64,000 nt of DNA from Chiloscyllium plagiosum. Lineage: Eukaryota. The first letter of the stretch is position 1, and the number at the start of each line of letters is the position of its first letter. The stretch spans positions 26,238,811-26,302,810 of the forward strand of contig NC_057720.1 in the NCBI RefSeq assembly GCF_004010195.1, given 5' to 3'. The position numbers and the translations under genes are program-made. Below, piece by piece: positions 38,715 through 50,570 of the stretch. The notes beneath the pieces were generated by a model. The model was not told where the DNA came from, did no database searches, and worked only from the letters and a program-made list of their open reading frames with translations.

Positions 38715-39536
38715 ATTAGGTTATTGAATTCTTTGAGGATATGACAAAACACGTTGATAAAGGTGGAACAGTGGATGTGGTGTACATAGATTTTAGCAAG
38801 TTGTGTGATAAAGTTCCCCATGGTAGGCTCATGCAGAAAGTAAGGAGGCATGGGATACAGGGAAACCTGTCTTTCTAGATACAGAATTGGCTGGCCCATA
38901 GAAAACAGAAGGTGGTAATAGATGAAAAGTATTCAGCCTGGAGCTTAGTGACCAGTGTTGTTCCACAGGGATCTGTTCTTGGACCTCTGATCTTTGTGAT
39001 TTTTATAAATGACTTGGATGAGGAAGGGTGGGTTAGTACGTTTGTTGATGACACGAAGGTTGGTGGAGTTGTGGATAGTTTGGAGGGCTGTGAGAGGTTG
39101 CAATGAGACATTGACAGGATGAAGAACTGGGCTGAGAAGTGGCAGATGTAATTCAAACTGGAAAAATCTGAAGTCATTCAATTTGGAAGGTCAAATTTGA
39201 ATGCAGAATGTAGGGTTAAAGGTGGGATGCTTGGCAGGCTGGAGGGATCTTGGGATCCATGTCCATAGATCCCTCAAAGTTGCCACCAAGGTTCATAGGA
39301 TTGTTAAGAACTCATATGGTGTGTTGGCTTGTATTAGCAAGGGAGTTGATTTTAAGAGCCGTGAGATTATGCTGCAGCTCTATAGAGTCCTGGTTCAAAT
39401 ATGCTTGGAATATTGTGCTCAGTTCTGGTCACCTCATTATAGGAAGGATGTGGAAGCTGTAGAGATGGTGCAGAGGGGATTTACCAGGATGCTGCCTGGA
39501 CTGGAGGGCATGTCTTATAAAGAAAGGTTGAGGGAG
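38715..39536 (+). mobile_element. CR1 LINE RT fragment split by the Gypsy element; resumes at 45907-46285
   Basis: VPQGSVLGPLIFVIFINDLD, FVDDTK, LEYCAQFWSP..ERLRE, continuing LGLFSLEQ after 45906. Confidence 0.93.
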
Positions 39537-40146
39537 TGTCAAAAAGCTGGTCCCTTTTTTTCTAAAAGCTGTTCCTTTTCTCAGGGATACTCTGTCCTTT
39601 ATTTTTTTCAAAGGGGTCATAAAACTCTCCCAGCTCAGAGGTGGCTAGTTTGGTACAGAGATGACAAAGGATTTTGAGAGGTCTTTTGTTTATATGTAAA
39701 CAGGCCAACGTGGTCATGTTTTAGAAGTGACCTGTAGAATGAAAGGGGAGTGATCAGATCTCGAGCTGAGCAGATCAGTCCAGAACTAGGACTTCAACAG
39801 TGAACTATGTGGAAACAGGTTGCTAAACTCTCTCTCCTTCTGCCCTGCTAACTTCAACTGTAAGCATTTGTTCCATTATTTTACTGGTCTTTAAGGGGTT
39901 TGGGACTGTTGTGCATATTCGAAACAGTGTAATAAGTCTAGTTTGGATAAACTGCATTCTGGAGGGGTTCTTTGTTCTGTTCTTTATGTTTCATTCTGTA
40001 ATATTGTGAATACATTGTTGTTTGCTTTAACCGAGCTAGCTTATTACAGGTAATTTTCATTGCACACTTACCAAGACAAATTGCAAAATTATGGTCCGGG
40101 CTGCCTGCTTAATAATGTTCTGAGTGGTCTGGACTAGTCCATAACA
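39537..40146 (+). repeat. 5' LTR
   Basis: TGTCAAAAAGCTGGTCCC..TAGTCCATAACA, homologous to 45256-45906. Confidence 0.93.
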
Positions 40147-40148
40147 GA

Positions 40149-40168
40149 TTGGGGGCTCTTTGCTGGAT
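40149..40168 (+). promoter_or_regulatory. Primer-binding site, tRNA-Pro-like (degenerate)
   Basis: TGGGGGCTC directly after the 5' LTR matches the start of the tRNA-Pro PBS TGGGGGCTCGTCCGGGAT. Confidence 0.7.
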
Positions 40169-40607
40169 TTTAAACAGCAAGTGGTAGGTGCTAGTGTCTT
40201 TACTTCAGGGATTGGTTTGTTTGGGAAGACAAAGCCTTGGGATAGTAATGGCTCTTGCAGTCGTCAAAAGCTTTCTGGAAGTGGATGCGGTGACTTTGGA
40301 AGTTCCAAGAATTAGCAGAGAAGCTGGAATTGGAACTGCTTGCTTCTGTGAGGAAAGGAGAAATAATTACAGCAGTAGCTCAACATTTAAAACTTGCTGG
40401 AGAAACCATCAGAATCGAGAGAGATGGCAAGAATTCAATTGCAAATGAAGCAGCTTGAGTTAGAGGTGAGTGATAAGGAAAGGGCAGCAGAAACTAAACA
40501 GTTTGAGTTACGGTTAAAAGCAGAAGAGAGGGAAAAAGATAGAACAGCAGAAGAGAGAGAAAAAGAGAGTGTATTTGAACTTCAGAAACTGGCACTTAAA
40601 AAGGAAA

Positions 40608-40805
40608 AAGTGAGGACTGCAGATGCTGGAGATCGGAGCTGAAAATGTGTTGCTGGAAAAGCGCAGCAGGTCAGGCAGCATCCAAGCAGCAGGAGAATCG
40701 ACATTTCGGGCATGAGCCTGAAGAAGGGCTCATGCCCGAAACGCCGATTCTCCTGCTCCTTGGATGCTGCCTGACCTGCTGCGCTTTTCCAGCAACACAT
40801 TTTCA
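40608..40805. mobile_element. PLE terminal palindrome inserted in gag, 16-bp TSD
   Basis: Arms ~40638-40718 and ~40727-40807. TSD GCACTTAAAAAGGAAA at 40592-40607 and 40806-40821. Motif CTGAAGA-AGGGC-TCAT-GCCC-GAAA-CG-CC at 40718-40745. Confidence 0.92.
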
Positions 40806-41447
40806 GCACTTAAAAAGGAAAGTCAGTTTAAAAGGCTGGTGATAAAGGCTGAAGGTAACCTTAGCGAGCAAGTAATGCAAACTCATGTGGAAGAGCAGAG
40901 AGTTAAAACAGCAAGGTGAGCAGCTGAAGTGGCTGATGATGATGAGCTGGTCCATAAAACTCGGTTTGGTTTCCAGAATCAATTTCAGTCCATGAGGGAC
41001 AGAAATTGGTGCAAAGAGAAATCCTCACATGGAAAGGGAAAGGTAGATCTCAGTGAAGATCATAATGATAACTTACCACAGGGTAAAAAAGAAACCCTTT
41101 GGTTGGGGGGGGGGGGGGGGGGTGGAGGGAAGGGATGCAAAGAAGTTAAAAAGCTCCGATGTTTTCATTGTAATAAAGTGGGCCACACAAAATCAGTGTT
41201 GGTGGGCTAGGAGAAAGCCAGATGTAGAGAAACCGGACAAGCCTGGTAGTTTTGTTGGACTAGTACAACAAAAGCACAAGGGAAGTTGGACAACTGCCTC
41301 AGAGTGTGTAAGAGGTCAGAGGTTGATTGAGGAAGAAGTGCCAGATCTCCTTAAAAAATATACATGCAAGGTTAAAATTTGTTCACATAGGCCAGGAGTA
41401 GCAGGTAGAAAGGTTACAATATTAAGGGACACAGGATCCTCTCAGTC

Positions 41448-41950
41448 AAGATTAAAGTGGTACTGGAAAAGCACAGCAAGTCAGGCAGCATCCGAGGAGC
41501 AGGAAAATTGACATTTCGGGCGGGAGCCTCCGGAGTGGAGACCTAAATGGGAGGGGGCTGGGGTGAAGGTAGCCTAGAGTGCAACAGGTGGATGGAGGTG
41601 GGGACAAAGGTGATAGGTCGGAGAGTAGGATGGAGCAGATAGGTGGGAAGGAAGATTGGCAGGTAGGACAGGTCATGAGGGTGATGCTGAGCTGGAAGGT
41701 TGGAACTAGGGTAAGATGGGGGAGGGGAAATGAGGAAACTAGTGAAGTCCACATTGATGCCCTGAGGTTGAAGTGTTCCCGAGGCGGAAGGTGAGGCGTT
41801 CTTATTCCAGGCATCGGATGGTGAGGGAGTGGCGATGGAGGAGGCCCAGGACCAGTATGTCCTCGGCAGAGAGAGAGGGGGAGTTGAAATGTTCGATTAC
41901 GGGGCAGTGGGATTGATTGGTGTGGGTGTCCCGGAGATGTTCCCTAAGCA
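41448..41950 (-). mobile_element. PLE 3' fragment inserted in the Gypsy protease region
   Basis: Homologous to 48030-48350 and 56115-56660 (terminus, 3' UTR and end of the GIY-YIG coding region). Confidence 0.85.
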
Positions 41951-42269
41951 ACTGAAGAAATGAAGGATGTTTATTCAAGGAATTTCCCTAGATTGTGTGA
42001 TCACAAAATCACAGAGGTACAAGTTGAAGCAAGAGAGATCAAAACGCATAGATAAGGAAGCTGACATTGCTTTATCAGGGACTTTTTTTGATCAGATAAG
42101 TGTGACAGAGCAGGAGCAATGAGGTAAACATTCAATTACCTTTAGCTCTGCTACGCTTATTGAGTTACAGCAGAAAGATGAGAAGTTAAAACAATTGTAT
42201 CAAAAGGCATATAAAGAGGAGAGTAAATGTATCTGTGTATTATTATTTAACAAACAATATCTTAATGAG

Positions 42270-43360
42270 GAAATGGAGACCATCACACATTCAAGCAGAT
42301 GAGAAATGGGCAGAGGTTCGTCAAATTGTTTTACTATTAGGAAGGTGCTGCAAGTGGCGCATGAGCTAACACTTGGAGGTCATTTCGGGGTGAGGAAAAC
42401 ACAGGCTGAAATACAAAGACATTTTTACTGACCTGGACTACACAAGGATGTAGTTGAATTTTGCCAGACGTGTCATACACGTCAGCTAATCGGAAAAACC
42501 ACAAGCAGTAATAAAACCTGCACCTTTAATACCTATTCCAGTATTTGAGGAACCTTTCACAAGAGTCTTAACTGATTGCACGGGATCCCTACTTCAAACA
42601 AAAAGTGGGAATAAATATTTATTAATAATAATGGATGTGTTGACTAGATTTCCAGAGGCAATGCCATTACACAACATCACAGCTAAAAGGATTTAGAAGA
42701 ATTACTTAAATTCTTTTACTAGATATGGACAATCAATAGAGATCCAGTCAGATCAAGGATCAAACATCACATCCAAACTATTCAAGGAGGTTACGGATAA
42801 CTTGGGAATAAAGCAATTCAAATCTATTATGTACTATCCAGAATCACAGGGAGCACTAGAGAGATAGCATCAAACACTAAAGACCATGTTGAGGGCTTAT
42901 AGTCAGGATTATCCAGATGATTGGGATAAGGGAGTTCCATTCGTACTTTTTGCGATCAGAGATGCACCACATGAATCGGTCCATTTGAAATAATTTTGGG
43001 GCATGTTGTAAGAGGACCATTAAAATTGATTAAGGAGAAAATAATAAATCAAAATTCAGAGACCACCCATTTGGATTATGTGTCAAATATTACAGAACGA
43101 TTAAATAGAGCTGGGAGAGTTGGCTAGACAGCATTTAAAAGTATCACAGTAGACAATGAAACAAGAAGTGGATAAGAAATCACAAATTTGCAATTTGGGA
43201 TAAGGTTACTTCCAGTGAGAGGTGAGCCTTTAAAAGCAAGGTTTCGTGGACCTTATCAAATCGAGAGGAAATTGAGTGAGGTGAACTTACTTGATAAGGA
43301 CTCCAGACATGAAGAAATCTCAGAGAGTGTGTCATTTGAATATGCTCAAAAGGTAGTTTG
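42270..43360 (+). pseudogene. Integrase of the Gmr1-like element
   Basis: AHE..LGGHFGVRKT..CQTCHTCQ (HHCC), FEEPFTRV, TRFPEA, EIQSDQGSN, PESQGALER, GPY motif (ggaccttatcaa, ~43248). Confidence 0.9.
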
Positions 43361-43599
43361 ATAGGGAAGTAAAGCAAGAGGAGACGGTGTTAATGAATAC
43401 AGCACAGAAGGAAGAATCAAGTTCAGAGGCCTCTGAATTGGGAATTCCTCAAACCAAGTTGGACAATGAGGAAGTTGTCAAAGTTGAGATAGGTTATTGA
43501 GTTACCTTCCACAAGAAAATCAAAATGACCTGAAAGAGTTATTACTATCACATGAGGAGGTATGCGGAAATAAGCTAGGAAGTACTAAACTAATGTGCT

Positions 43600-45070
43600 G
43601 TTTAGGAGATGCTGTTCTGATTAAGCAACATCCTTTTAGCCATAACCCTCTGAAGTTGGCATAGGTTCAGTAGGAAATAGAGCACATGCTCCAAGATGGC
43701 ATTATTGAAGTTAGTTACAGTGACTGGAGCTCACCCATAGTCAGGGTGCCAAAGCCAGATGGTACCCAACAGTTATAGAACATTACAGTGCAGTACAGGC
43801 CCTTCGGCCCTCAATGTTGCGCCGATCTGGGAAATTAATCTGATGCCTATCTAACCTATTTCATTCCATTATTATCCGTATGTATGTCCAAAGCCCATTT
43901 AAATGTCCTTAATGTCAGGGAATCTACTACTGTTGCAGGCAGGCCATTCCATGGTCCTACTACTCTGAGGAAAGAAACTACCCCTGCTATCTGTCCTAAA
44001 TCTATCAGTGTGTGCGTGGACTATCGCAAAGTCAACGCTGTTGCAAAGACTGATGCATATCCAATTCCACGGTTGGAGGACTGTGTCGAAAAGGTTGGAC
44101 AAGCAATTTACATTTCTAAGTTGGACCCCCTCAGAGGCCACTGGCAAGTACCTCGGTCAGAGAGAACAAAGGCAATTTCAGCTTTCGTAACACCACAAGG
44201 ACTGTATCAGTTCAAAGTCACGCCATTTGTAATGAAAATTGCTCTAGCCACATTTCAGAGACTGACTAATAAGGTCATTGCCAGGTTATCCAATTGTGTT
44301 GTTTACATTGATGACCTGGTGATTTTTAGTCACTCACGGAAGGAACATTTACAGCATTTGTCGGACTTGTTCGATCAACTTCAGAAGGCAGGCTTGGTGG
44401 TAAACCTAGCTAACAGTGAATTTGCCCGGGCCCAAGTCACCTTCCTGGGCCATGTTATTAGACAAGGACAAATGGCCCCACGGGATGCAAAACTGAAAGT
44501 AATTGGGGAATTTCCCACACCGTCGATGGAGAAAGCAGTACTATGGTTCCTGAGATCGAGTGGATTTTACTGAAAGTTGGTGCCAAAATTTAGCAGTGTG
44601 GCTGCGCCACTCACTGAATTGTTAAAAAAGGGTAAGACGTTTCAGTGGACAGCAGACTGTGAAAAGGCATTTGACAGCCTAAAAACGGTGTTAACCACTG
44701 TCCCAGTATTAGCCACACCTGAGTACATGAAGCCTTTTAAGGTGGCTGTTGATGACAGTGATGTGGGTGTTGGTGCAGTACTCCATGCAGGAGGATGATG
44801 AGGGATTAGAAAGACCCATCGGGTATTTTTCTAGTAAGTTGAACATTCATCAACAGAAACATTCAACGGTGGAGAAACAGACTTTAAGCTTGGTGTTGGC
44901 ATTACAACATTTCAGTGTTTATATGACCAGCAATGCATCTAAGACAATTGTATACAGTGATCGCAACCCATTGACATTTGTGGAAAAATTTAAGGACAGA
45001 AATGCCACACAGTTTGACAATTGTGCATGTAGCAGGTCACGAAAACGTGATTGCCCTTGCGTTATCGAGA
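43600..45070 (+). pseudogene. Reverse transcriptase and RNase H of the Gmr1-like element
   Basis: WSSPIV, CVDYRKVN, DAYPIPR, GHWQVP, VYIDDLVIF, FLGHVI; then AVDDSDVGVGAVL, PIGYFSSKL, STVEKQTL, YSDRNPL. Confidence 0.93.
43776..44005 (-). mobile_element. Short CR1 3' end inserted into the Gypsy RT
   Basis: tagaacattacagtgcagtacaggcccttcggccc is the reverse complement of the CR1 tail. It interrupts GTQ..CVDYRK, with CAGT on both sides. Confidence 0.85.
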
Positions 45071-45255
45071 CTCAAATGAGATACAGAGGCATTCAATGGT
45101 GGGTGTGCCATCATGTGGTTATACATGATTGCATGCTTATAGTTAGTATTGTGTATCTGTGCATTTAGATGACTAACCGGGTTTTTAAAGGGTTTTAAAA
45201 ATGAAGCCATCTTTTGATATTGATGGATTTTTTTTAGGGGGGGGGGGGGGGGTGG

Positions 45256-45906
45256 TGTCACAAAGCTGGTCCCTTTTTTCTAAAAGTTGCTCATTTTCTC
45301 AAGGATACGGTGTCCCTGTTTTTTTTTCCAGAGGGGTCATAAAACTCTCCCAGCTCGGAGATGAGTCGTTTGGTACAGAGATGATAAAAGATTTTGAGAG
45401 GCTTTTTGTTTACATGTAAACAGATGAGACTTCAGGCCAAAGTGGTCATGTTTCAGAAGTGACCTGTATAATGAAAGGGGAGTGACCAGTTCTCGAGATG
45501 AGCAGTTCAGAACTAGTTAGGGAGTTCAACAGTGAGCTGTGTGGAAACAGGTTGCGCAACCCTCTCTCCTCCTCCCCTGCTAACTTCAACCTATAAGCAT
45601 TTGTTCCATTTTTACTGTAATTTTTTTAAAGGGGGGGTTGCTTATTGGGACTGTTGTGCATGTCCAGAACAGCATAATTAAGTCTAGTTTGGATAGACTG
45701 AGTTCTGGAGGGGTTCTTTATTCTGTTATTTGTGTTTCATTGTGTAATTTTGTGAATAAATGTTTGTTTGTTTTAAAACATGGTAGTCAACCTAACTAAC
45801 ATACACCAGGTAATTTTCATTGTGCACTTACCGACACAAATTGCAAAGTTATGGTCTGGGCTGCCTGCTTAAGAATGTTTTGAGTGATCTGGCCTAGTCC
45901 ATAACA
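45256..45906 (+). repeat. 3' LTR, preceded by a G-rich polypurine tract (~45236-45252)
   Basis: TGTCACAAAGCTGGTCCC..TAGTCCATAACA. Confidence 0.93.
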
Positions 45907-46285
45907 GAGCTAGGGCTTTTCTCATTGGAGCAAAGAAAGAGGAGAGGTGACTTAATAGAGATCTAAAAGATGATGAGATGCCCAGATAGAATGGATAGCC
46001 AGAGACAGCCATTTCCACCCTGGGAAAAAGTCATGAGGGGACATAATATTATGGTAATTGGAGGAAAGTTTTGAGGAGATGTTACAGGTAGGTTCTTTAC
46101 TAAGAGATTGGTGGGTGCGTGGAATGCACTGCCAGCAGCAATAGTAGAGTGAGATACATTAGGAACATTTAACCGACTCTTAGATAGGCATATGGAGGTT
46201 AGTACAATGAAGAGATGTAGATTTGTCTGATCCTAGAGTAGGATAAAAGGCTGGCACAATATCAAGGGCCTGTACTGTACTGTTT
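45907..46285 (+). mobile_element. CR1 3' end (continuation of 38715-39536)
   Basis: gagctagggcttttctcattggag..gtggaatgcactgccagc..gggcctgtactgtactgtt. Confidence 0.9.
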
Positions 46286-46329
46286 TAAATAATCTTGAGA
46301 AGTTAAAAAACTGCTAGATTCCATCTTTA

Positions 46330-47420
46330 AGGCATAACATGTGCTTTGGATAAAGGAGAGCCTGTTGATGTGTTGTACTTAGATTTCCAGAGGGCATTTG
46401 ACAAGATTCTGCCTACAGGGTACAAAGTAGAAGCTCATGGTTAGGGGCTGACTAATTAACATAAATATCTTTACAGAATTTCTGATCCACAATGGTATTA
46501 TGTTATGAACATGACAACATGACAAGGATGCACAACAATATAGATTTGCCCTCTCACTCAGCCAAAGTCTGAAAAATGGAGCATAATGTGGGAAAATGTG
46601 AAGTTGTTCAGCCTGGACGAATGAAAATGTAGAGCATTATTTAAATGGTGACTATCTGCAGAATTCAGATGTATCTGTTGTAATGCACGAGTCAAAGTTA
46701 ACATGCAGGTACTGCAAATGATTAAGAGGGCTAATAGAATGCCATTCTTTATTGCAAGAAGAATTGAACATAAAAGGTATGGATGGATGTTGTACTTCAG
46801 TTATAAAGAGCATTAGTGAAACAATATTTTAAATACTGCAATAAAGACAAAATACTGTGGTTACTGGAAATCTGAAATACAGAACACTGGAGAAACTCAG
46901 CATATCTGGCAGCATATGTGGGGAGAGAAACAGGGTTAACGTTTTGAGTTTAGCAGAGTTATATTATTTTGAATAGGAGTACTGTTTTGGTCTCCATTTT
47001 TGAGGAAGGATGGAAACACATTGAAGATGGTTCAGCGAAGATTTACTAGATTAATACCTGGAATGAGTAGGCTATTTTAGGAGGCAAGATTGGACAAGCT
47101 GGGCTGGAGATAGAGTTTAGAAGAGGGAGGGATGGTTTGATTGCAGTTTACAAGATCCCAAATGGTTTTGACAAGGTGGTCTTGGAAATGTTTACTCATG
47201 TGGGCGAGTCCAAAACTAGAGAGGATACTGTTTGAAAGGAGCCCCCTAACATTTAGAACACAGAGGAGGGGTTCTTTTTCCTTACAGAGAGAAAGTGTTC
47301 AAAAGTCAAACAACAGTCTCAGAAGACAGTGAAAACAGGATCATTAAATATCTTATTGAATAGCAAAGCAGGCTGAAGTGCAGAATGGCCTATCTTTCCT
47401 CAACTTATATGTATATGTTC
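46330..47420 (+). mobile_element. Old diverged CR1-type LINE with an embedded PLE terminal remnant (~46840-46970, minus strand)
   Basis: VDVLYLDFQRAFDK at ~46365, gtgggaaaatgtgaagtt, VQRRFTRLIPG at ~47030. Confidence 0.75.
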
Positions 47421-47639
47421 AAATATAAAAAGGTACAAAACAAAATGTAAACAAAACAGGTCTATGGAAGTCAAAGAGAGTCAAAACAGATTCTGGAGCA
47501 AAGTCACGGTATAAACCTTCTAAACAAAATTTAAACTCTATGCAGAAGCAGCTTCTTCAAGACTGGCAGACAGCTCATTGTATGGTTGGAGTCCAAAGGA
47601 TTCAAACATCCAAATATAAAACTTCAAGATCTGGAAGGC

Positions 47640-48000
47640 CAAGACAAAGGTAACAGCAGCAGGGGCAGAAGGCCCAGGTGACAGCAGCAGCAGAAGAGGC
47701 AGAAAACCCAGTGCTGCTGCAGCAGAAGTAGCAGGGGCCAAGGCAGCAGCAACAGAATTGGGTAGGCCCAGGCAACAGCAGCAGAAGGGGTGGAGGGCCC
47801 AGAGCAGCAGCAGCAGGAGTTGCTGAAGCAGCAGTAGAATTGAGTAGGCCCAGGCAATGGCAGCAGCAGAATTGGGCAGGCACAGGTAGTAGGAACAGGA
47901 CCAGGGGCCCAGGCAGCAGCAGCAGTAGATCTAAGGAGGCCTAAGCTTTAGCAGCAGCAGCAGCAGCAGCAGAACCAGAGGCCCAGGCAGCAACATCAAG
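47640..48000. repeat. Degenerate (GCA)n / GGCCCAGG compound minisatellite
   Basis: Recurring ggcccaggcagcagcagcagaa modules of variable length. Confidence 0.8.
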
Positions 48001-48020
48001 CTTGCACAGCTAAAAAGAAA

Positions 48021-48958
48021 CTACGTAAAAACAATGACTGCAGATGCTAGAAACCAGATTCTGGATTAGTGGTCCTAGAAAAGCACAGCAGTTCAGGCAG
48101 CATCCAAGGAGCAGGAAAAATTGACATTTTGGGCAAAAGCCCTTCATCAGGAATACAGGCAGAGAGCCTGAAGGGTGGAGATGGAAGATGAGGCGTTCTT
48201 CCTCCAGGCGTCTGGTGGTGAGGGAGCGGCAGTGAAGGAGACCCAGGATCTCCATGTCCTCGGGGGGGGGAAAAAAGAGTTGAAATGTTGGGCCACAGGG
48301 CAGTGTGGTTGATTGGTGCGGGTGTCCCGGAGATTTTCCCTAAAGCGCTCTGCTAGGAGGTGCCCAGTCTCCCCAATGTAGAGGAGACCACATCGGGAGC
48401 AACAGATACAATAAGTGATATTGGTGGATGTGCAGGTAAAACTTTGATGGATGTGGGAGGCTCATTTAGGACCTTGGATGGAGGTGAGGGTGGTGGTGTG
48501 GCCACAGGTTTTGCAATTCCTGCGGTGGCCGGGGAAGGTGCCAGGACGGGAGGGTGGGTTGTAGGGGGGCATGGACCTGACCAGGTAGTCACGGAGGGAA
48601 CAGTCTTTGTGGAAGGTGGAAAAGGGTGGAAAGGGAAATATATTCCTAGTGGTGGGGTCCATTTGGAGATGGCAGAAATGTCGGCAGATAATTTGGTTTA
48701 TGCGAAGGTTGGTAGGGTGGAGGTGAGCACGAGGGGGGTTCTGTCCTTGTTATGGTTGGAGGGGTGGGGTCTGAGGGCAGAGGTGCAAGATGTTGACGAG
48801 ATGAGTTAGAGGGCATCTTTAACCACATGGGAAGGGAAATTGCCCTCCCCCTCCCTCTCCCTCCACCCTGCAGGCACTCTGCCTATATTCCCGAAACATC
48901 GATTTTACTGCTCCTCGGATGCTGCCTGAACTGCTGTGCTTTTCCAGCACCACTAATT
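48021..48958 (-). mobile_element. PLE (probably Neptune-like) 3' portion with GIY-YIG endonuclease remnant, inverted terminal arm and 14-bp TSD
   Basis: Minus-strand CKTC..GPK*ASHIHQSFTCTSTNITYCICCSRCGLLYIGETGHLLAERFRE..PVAQHFNS. TSD CAGCTAAAAAGAAA at 48007-48020 and 48959-48972. Inverted arm ~48843-48958. Confidence 0.92.
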
Positions 48959-49067
48959 CAGCTAAAAAGAAAGCCAGGTTTACAGCAGAAGTTCCTCCTG
49001 CATTGTACACTGGCTGTGGCCAGCCAGCTCAGAATCAGTCACCTAAGCTGAGGAGATTCTAAAGCCT

Positions 49068-50570
49068 TGGTTTTTTTTAATTTTATTAAACAATTACAAA
49101 AAAAAAAGAGTTTACAGAAAAAGAGTTTACAGCTGTTAACATTTACAGCTGTATACAACAGCAATTTTACAAGGGAGAGGAGCAGCAAAGCCAGGCCCCA
49201 AACCCTACCGTTCAACCAGTTTACAGGAAGTTAGGGCAAACCCCAAATCCCAGTTTCAAATATGAAAAGACATCAATGACATTTGTACACGAGACAAATC
49301 CTGTTACATAAAAGTGCAGACAATACAGACCCAGCATGCCCCCGTCCCTCACACCTTCTGACCACTCTAAGGCAGCCTGCCTCTACCCACCTTCCAGCTC
49401 TCAGTCCACCCCATGCTCCTTCCAGTTCTGTCTAACCTGATACCTTTCGACCACCTCTAGGACAGCCTGCCCCGGTACCTGCCCAGGGTGAGTGGTCAGG
49501 ATGGCCTACCCACCTTCTGGCAGTCTGCCCCTACATACCATTGGGCTCTCACTCACCCCTATGCGCCATCCAGCCAGTGGGCTATCCTGGCACCTTCCAG
49601 CCACCTCTAGGTCAGCCCATACCCTTCCCCAGGGACGACAGCGTGCAGGGTAGCCCACAAGCCTTCCACATCTCAGCCTGCCCCTATGCGCCTTCTGGCT
49701 CTCGGCTGCTCTGACACACCTTCAGACCACCTCTAGGACAGCATGTCCCGATCACCCCTTCTCAGGGCAACTGGCATCAGGGTGGCCTACCCACCTTCCA
49801 GGACAGCCTACCAACCTTCAGGTTCACAGGATGACCTACCCACCCTCTGGCCCTCAGGGTGACAGCTTTCAGAATGACCCATGAGTCTCCCAGCTCACAG
49901 CAAGACCTGCCAGACCTAGGGACACACAAGACAATGCAGATGATAGACCCAACAAACAGCACAATACAGTTAATTACTGAAAAACAGAGTCCATTCTGGT
50001 ATACAGTCCAAATATATTGAGTCTTCAAAATATAGAGTCCATTCCCAGGAATGGAGTCCACTCCAGTTTATGAGGTGTGTTGTCCAAAATGGAGTTCACT
50101 CCAAATTGCAGAGTCCACCACTAAAAAACAGGGTCCCCAACAGAGGGCAGAGTCCTCTCCTGAAGGCAGCAAATGCATAGCACACAGGTCTCCATGGAGT
50201 CCCGGCCCAGCCTTGGAAAACCAGGTCCACTCGCAAGAACATAGTACAGGTGCAGGTGCAGTTAACTCACAGGGGTTTGGTCCACTCCTGAAGGTAAGGG
50301 CTTCTCCCAAACTCAGGATACAGCAAGTGCTCACCTCCCAACACACACACATGTGTTCAATCTTCAGAGACCCAGTCCTAGTGTTAGGCCTCCTCACAGG
50401 AACAGCTCCTTTGGTAAAATGTATGTCTTCCACAAGGGCTCAGTCCAAACACCAAAAACAGTGAAGACACATACAAAAAACAAAGGAAACTAGAGTGCAA
50501 AGGCTAAGCTCTACCATAAAATTAACATTTCTCTTTTTTTACTTTTGAGAAAAAGACAAAGAGTAACACA
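49068..50570 (-). other. Unclassified, probably retroposed segment with internal degenerate tandem repeat
   Basis: Minus-strand AATAAA followed by an A-run at ~49070-49087. Repeated ccacctctaggacagcc motifs at 49360-49860. Confidence 0.35.

Larger units (their letters stand above)
39537..45906 (+). mobile_element. Gmr1-like Gypsy LTR retrotransposon (gag-PR-IN-RT-RH), inactive
   Basis: Paired LTRs TG..CA, PBS and PPT. Zinc knuckle CFHCNKVGH (~41160), protease ILRDTG (~41420), integrase ~42270-43360, then RT and RNase H ~43600-45070. Confidence 0.93.

Noticed and set aside
41103..41125. Poly-Gly coding or G-quadruplex signal
   Set aside because: Homopolymer run in a dead gag; its length is unreliable and there is no other support.
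43884..44573. Intact 229-aa protein
   Set aside because: Chimera of an antisense CR1 tail and a Gypsy RT fragment, ending in a premature stop.
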